From positions 1 through 11,153 of the IMG/VR virus record IMGVR_UViG_2541047938_000007: a stretch of 11,153 bases of DNA; one strand, 5' to 3'. The notes under the pieces were generated by a model. The model had not been told where the DNA came from. It worked only from the letters and a program-made list of their open reading frames with translations, and did not search any database. The stretch comes from a virus (Duplodnaviria > Heunggongvirae > Uroviricota > Caudoviricetes). Position numbers and translations under genes: made by a program. Shown piece after piece: positions 8,255-11,153 of this stretch (position 1 is the first letter of the stretch; every line of letters begins with the position of its first letter).

Positions 8255-8270
8255 GCGGGGTTTCCCCCGC
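8255..8270 (-). repeat. GC hairpin copy 1 (mRNA sense GCGGGG-gaaa-CCCCGC), between the major-tail-like ORF and the G gene
   Basis: 6-bp stem with a GNRA-type GAAA loop on the late transcript, followed by the RBS and ATG of the chaperone gene. Identical core to the copy at 8943-8960. Confidence 0.5.
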
Positions 8271-8287
8271 TTATTAATGCCTGGTTA

Positions 8288-8689
8288 TTAGCTCGTTGGT
8301 TGGGCCTTTGGAACCCAAACACCTTGCCCTGAACGCTGAATGGTTGCGGAAGTTTGCACGACCGTATTCGCCTGGAAGTCGAACGGGAAATCTGAAACAT
8401 AACCCTGGAATACATACCAGGTACGTGTATCCGGCAGAGAAAGACCATCAACTGCATCTGGATCACCAGACGTCGCTACCGTTGGTTCATCCGTTCCGTC
8501 AGCCCAGCCAATAGCGAAGGTCAGGTTTGTCTGGTCACTGGATTCAGCCAGGTTGCTCAGCATTACATGGCTGGAGTTTGCCGGGTCTGCGTTAAGAGCT
8601 ACAGTAGCCTGACCGGGGGTGCGCAGACCTTTTTTGTAGGAACGAGTATTGGTTTCACTCAGACAGGTATCTTCAATCTGGTCTGACAA
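8288..8689 (-). CDS. major tail protein-like ORF, possibly 5'-truncated (lambda V position)
   Basis: 133-aa ORF in the ORF track that actually starts at a TTG with no convincing RBS. Occupies the position just upstream of G/GT, and has weak by-eye resemblance to the lambda V core. It is in the same frame as the upstream 56-aa ORF, separated by a single TGA. May be a remnant rather than an intact gene. Confidence 0.4.
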   Translation of the reverse strand: MSDQIEDTCLSETNTRSYKKGLRTPGQATVALNADPANSSHVMLSNLAESSDQTNLTFAIGWADGTDEPTVATSGDPDAVDGLSLPDTRTWYVFQGYVSDFPFDFQANTVVQTSATIQRSGQGVWVPKAQPTS

Positions 8690-8764
8690 AGGAAAATATC
8701 GGAGTCCAACCGCGAGATGATGGTTGCTGTAGTGCTTTCTCTTTCCGTCTAAAAGGATTCCACA

Positions 8765-8935
8765 TCAGCCATTCTCCGCGTTTTCTTTTTTACTTTTACG
8801 CACCACTGCTTTTTTGCTGGTTACGTATTCCGCCTTTTTCAGCAGAACCAGCACCTTTGCGCACTGGTCATTCACAATTTTCTCATCACCTGGCAATGAG
8901 TCATGTGTACGCTGAAGGTATCTGATTTTTGCCAT
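8765..8935 (-). CDS. small Lys-rich hypothetical ORF (56 aa)
   Basis: ATG at 8935..8933 sits 5 nt after the hairpin at 8943-8960. A strong SD-like GAAGGAGG lies immediately upstream of that hairpin. Not in the supplied ORF track (shorter than 60 aa). Coding status uncertain. Confidence 0.3.
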   Translation of the reverse strand: MAKIRYLQRTHDSLPGDEKIVNDQCAKVLVLLKKAEYVTSKKAVVRKSKKENAENG

Positions 8936-8942
8936 TTGAAAT

Positions 8943-8960
8943 GGCGGGGTTTCCCCCGCC
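8943..8960 (-). repeat. GC hairpin copy 2 (mRNA sense GGCGGGG-gaaa-CCCCGCC), between the structural-gene fragment and the 56-aa ORF
   Basis: 7-bp stem with GAAA loop, same core as copy 1. On the mRNA it is flanked by GAAGGAG upstream and an AUG 5 nt downstream. Confidence 0.5.
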
Positions 8961-8967
8961 CTCCTTC

Positions 8968-9468
8968 TTAGCTGGTTGAGCCAGTGCTGTAATCCACGTC
9001 AGAGATAACGGCTACGGCTGCATCACGGCGACGCTTCCAGTTAATCCAACGCTCGGCACGGATTGCCACGCTGTTGGTCTGGAACATAGACACCAGTTCA
9101 ACTGGAGTTGGCGTTGTGCTGTCGTGGGTCGGATCGCTCTGCATTTCCAGAGAAGCTTCGCGAGACATATCAACGGCGACGCCGCCATCATCTGCCAGAT
9201 AAACATCTGGTGCGTTAACCAGTACCAGTTGGTTGCCAACGTACTGTGAAACGATCACCGGCAAGCCCTGGAACGTACCGCCCAGCATGGTCATATCTGG
9301 GTATTCTTTCTGACCAAGCGCGTTTTTACGCATAGACAGAGTAAGTGCCGTAGTGCTGGACATCAGCCATACCGCACCATTCGGCTGCAGGTTGTTCGTA
9401 ATGAACTGACCAAATGCTGCAGAAGCATCAGTACAGGCTAACCATGAGCATAGTTCGATGTCACGCGT
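8968..9468 (-). pseudogene. 5'-truncated phage structural gene fragment (capsid or head-tail protein-like C-terminal part)
   Basis: The reading frame is open from 9468 down to the TAA at 8970..8968. The annotated ATG at 9363 has no RBS and is probably an internal Met. The fragment runs head-on into the 5' end of the integrase fragment. Family assignment is tentative. Confidence 0.4.
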
Positions 9469-10057
9469 TTACAGGTGGGGATATCAACGTGGATTTGTGC
9501 CAGGCAACCCATGCGTAGGCGTCGATAAATACCCTAAACCTCAGCGCGACCGATACATTACGGATGAAGAGTATTTAGCGATTTATGACTGTGCTACTGA
9601 TCCGGTCAAAGCAGCAATGGAAATTGCTTATCTCTGTGCCGCCAGGGTTTCCGATGTTCTGAAAATGGACTGGAATCAGATAATGGATAAAGGAATTTTC
9701 ATTCAACAGGGTAAAACTGGAGTTAAGCAGATTAAAGCGTGGACAGACCGTTTGCATTCAGCAGTCAATCTTTGCAGGAAATCAGGGGAAGATGGCGCTG
9801 TCATCAAAACCATGTACGGAGAGCGATATTCCTATAAAGGTTTCAATGAAGCCTGGAGAAAGGCGAGAAATGCGGCTGCTGAAAAAATTGGCAGACCGTT
9901 AGACTGCACGTTCCATGATCTGAAGGCGAAAGGCATTTCTGACTATGAAGGAAGTGGCCGCGATAAGCAAAAATTCAGTGGTCACAAAACTGAATCACAG
10001 GTGCTGGTATACGACAGGAAAGTAAAAATCAGCCCAACTTTGAACAGAAAAATGTGA
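9458..10057 (+). pseudogene. tyrosine recombinase (phage integrase), C-terminal catalytic-domain fragment, 5'-truncated
   Basis: 199-aa ORF with catalytic-domain features (AARVSDV Arg region, HDLKAKG, GHKTESQVLVYDR with the C-terminal Tyr). Lacks the N-terminal arm-binding and core-binding domains; there is an in-frame stop at 9407-9409 just upstream. It is transcribed toward the 3' end of the adjacent tRNA, as expected for an int next to attL. Confidence 0.8.
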
Positions 10058-10069
10058 GTTTGAGATACA

Positions 10070-10099
10070 GCGCCGGGTGCAAATCTGGCGTTATTTTTT
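10070..10099 (+). terminator. putative Rho-independent terminator downstream of the integrase fragment
   Basis: Stem CGCCGG / CTGGCG (one G-U pair) with an 8-nt loop, followed by TTATTTTTT, starting 13 nt after the int stop. Confidence 0.5.
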
Positions 10100-10126
10100 C
10101 TCAGTGGATTTTCTCATTTTTTCTCA
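10093..10126. repeat. direct repeats ATTTTTTCTCA (x2, plus a third TTTTCTC) between int and the tRNA 3' end; candidate att-arm/IHF-type sites
   Basis: ATTTTTTCTCA at 10093-10103 and 10116-10126, with TTTTCTC also at 10109-10115. Located in the expected attL arm region. Function not demonstrable from sequence. Confidence 0.3.
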
Positions 10127-10172
10127 ACGGGATGTTGGTCACTGAATCGAAACACTGTAAGTGCTTGAATGG

Positions 10173-10262
10173 TGGCGGAGAGAGGGGGATTTGAACCCCC
10201 GGTAGAGTTGCCCCTACTCCGGTTTTCGAGACCGGTCCGTTCAGCCGCTCCGGCATCTCTCC
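10173..10262 (-). tRNA. serU: tRNA-Ser (anticodon CGA)
   Basis: The minus strand reads GGAGAGATGCCGGAGCGGCTGAACGGACCGGTCTCGAAAACCGGAGTAGGGGCAACTCTACCGGGGGTTCAAATCCCCCTCTCTCCGCCA (90 nt). It has a 7-bp acceptor stem, anticodon stem CCGGT/ACCGG with loop CUCGAAA (anticodon CGA), a long variable arm, a T-loop GGTTCAAATCC, and an encoded CCA. Confidence 0.9.
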
Positions 10263-10355
10263 GTTCAGATGGTTGCCATGATGCCAGGAAATTTGGCATT
10301 TTAACAGTCCCTGTCCGTGCAATTTTGTTCAAGTGACGAGTTTGCGAGCAAAACG

Positions 10356-11153
10356 ATGATTAAGTGGCCCTGGAAAGTACAAGAATCAGCACATCAAACT
10401 GCCCTTCCCTGGCAGGAAGCACTATCGATCCCCCTTTTAACGTGTCTGACGGAACAGGAACAAAGCAAATTAGTCACTCTTGCCGAACGTTTTTTACAGC
10501 AAAAGCGGCTTGTTCCTTTACAGGGCTTTGAACTGGATTCATTAAGAACCTGCCGGATAGCACTTCTATTTTGCCTACCCGTTCTGGAATTAGGACTGGA
10601 ATGGCTGGATGGTTTTCATGAAGTCTTAATTTATCCTGCGCCATTTGTGGTCGATGATGAATGGGAAGACGATATCGGTCTGGTGCATAACCAACGTATT
10701 GTTCAGTCAGGTCAGAGCTGGCAGCAAGGGCCTATCGTTTTGAACTGGTTGGATATACAAGATTCTTTTGATGCTTCTGGTTTTAACCTGATTATTCATG
10801 AAGTCGCTCATAAGCTGGACACCCGTAACGGCGATCGCGCCAGCGGAGTTCCCTTTATTCCGTTGCGTGAGGTTGCTGGCTGGGAACACGATCTTCATGC
10901 TGCAATGAACAACATTCAGGAAGAAATCGAATTGGTTGGCGAGAATGCGGCGAGCATTGATGCTTATGCTGCCAGTGATCCTGCTGAATGTTTTGCCGTA
11001 CTTTCTGAATATTTCTTTAGCGCCCCAGAACTTTTTGCTCCTCGTTTCCCTTCATTGTGGCAACGTTTCTGCCAATTTTATCAACAAGATCCTTTGCAGA
11101 GACTGCATCACGCTAATGATACAGACTCGTTTTCGGCGACGAATGTTCATTAA
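10356..11153 (+). CDS. mtfA: MtfA (Mlc titration factor A), zinc-dependent peptidase
   Basis: 265-aa ORF from the ATG at 10356 (MIKWPWKV...); the ORF-track start at 10317 is a GTG extension. Contains the HEXXH zinc-peptidase motif ([10 protein letters not shown]). Matches E. coli MtfA/YeeI as recalled. Complete, with TAA at 11151-11153. Confidence 0.9.
   Translation: MIKWPWKVQESAHQTALPWQEALSIPLLTCLTEQEQSKLVTLAERFLQQKRLVPLQGFELDSLRTCRIALLFCLPVLELGLEWLDGFHEVLIYPAPFVVDDEWEDDIGLVHNQRIVQSGQSWQQGPIVLNWLDIQDSFDASGFNLIIHEVAHKLDTRNGDRASGVPFIPLREVAGWEHDLHAAMNNIQEEIELVGENAASIDAYAASDPAECFAVLSEYFFSAPELFAPRFPSLWQRFCQFYQQDPLQRLHHANDTDSFSATNVH

Larger units (their letters stand above)
1..10172. mobile_element. 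defective lambdoid serotype-converting prophage (gtr operon, tail module, truncated int) integrated at the 3' end of serU; left boundary outside the window
   Basis: Phage tail and structural genes, a gtrABC-type conversion cassette and an integrase fragment directly abut the 3' end of tRNA-Ser. Truncated int and structural genes and the H'-'J fusion indicate internal deletions. No second copy of the tRNA 3' end (att core) is visible inside the window. Confidence 0.7.

Noticed and set aside
8248-9757. Overlapping ORFs 8248-8466, 8296-8514, 9012-9239 and 9575-9757
   Set aside because: They are alternative frames or strands of the major-tail-like ORF, the structural fragment and the integrase fragment. 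Not supported as genes.
10101-10332. Two minus-strand ORFs (73 and 72 aa) overlapping the tRNA-Ser gene
   Set aside because: They are translations through a structured RNA gene and its flanks; the tRNA fully explains the region.
10317-10355. ORF-track extension of mtfA from a GTG at 10317 (278 aa)
   Set aside because: The ATG at 10356 gives the 265-aa MtfA with the recognisable N-terminus MIKWPWKV. The upstream extension overlaps the tRNA promoter region and starts at a non-ATG codon.
1-11153. CRISPR arrays, IS elements/transposases, restriction-modification or other recognisable defence systems
   Set aside because: No spaced direct-repeat arrays, no transposase-like ORFs or terminal inverted repeats, and no ORFs with recognisable nuclease, methylase or ATPase defence signatures were seen. 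The only candidate accessory module is the SOS-box operon reported in the findings.

Overview
This window looks like the tRNA-proximal end of a defective lambdoid, serotype-converting prophage inserted at tRNA-Ser(CGA) (serU) next to mtfA, in an Escherichia/Shigella-type chromosome. All identifications are from reading the sequence and recalled family features; no database search was run. Left to right: a divergent two-gene operon of unknown function (79 aa + 106 aa, minus strand) with a near-consensus LexA/SOS box over its promoter; a gtrA-gtrB-gtr(type) O-antigen glucosylation operon (plus strand) whose third gene is conspicuously AT-rich; a convergent late tail module on the minus strand (tailspike, a 740-aa protein that reads as tape-measure N-terminus fused to a lambda-J-like region, G/GT tail chaperone with the canonical lambda slippery heptamer GGGAAAG, a possibly truncated major-tail-like ORF, and a 5'-truncated structural gene fragment); a 5'-truncated tyrosine integrase abutting that fragment; then tRNA-Ser and mtfA. 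The late region appears deletion-scarred, so the element is probably not a viable phage, though the gtr operon and tailspike look intact. I did not find a clearly novel multi-gene system. The best candidate for undescribed biology is the LexA-box-controlled 79/106-aa operon; the H'-'J fusion and the paired GC hairpins are also worth a look. The ORF track accepts GTG/TTG starts, so several starts were re-examined (mtfA is moved to the ATG at 10356).
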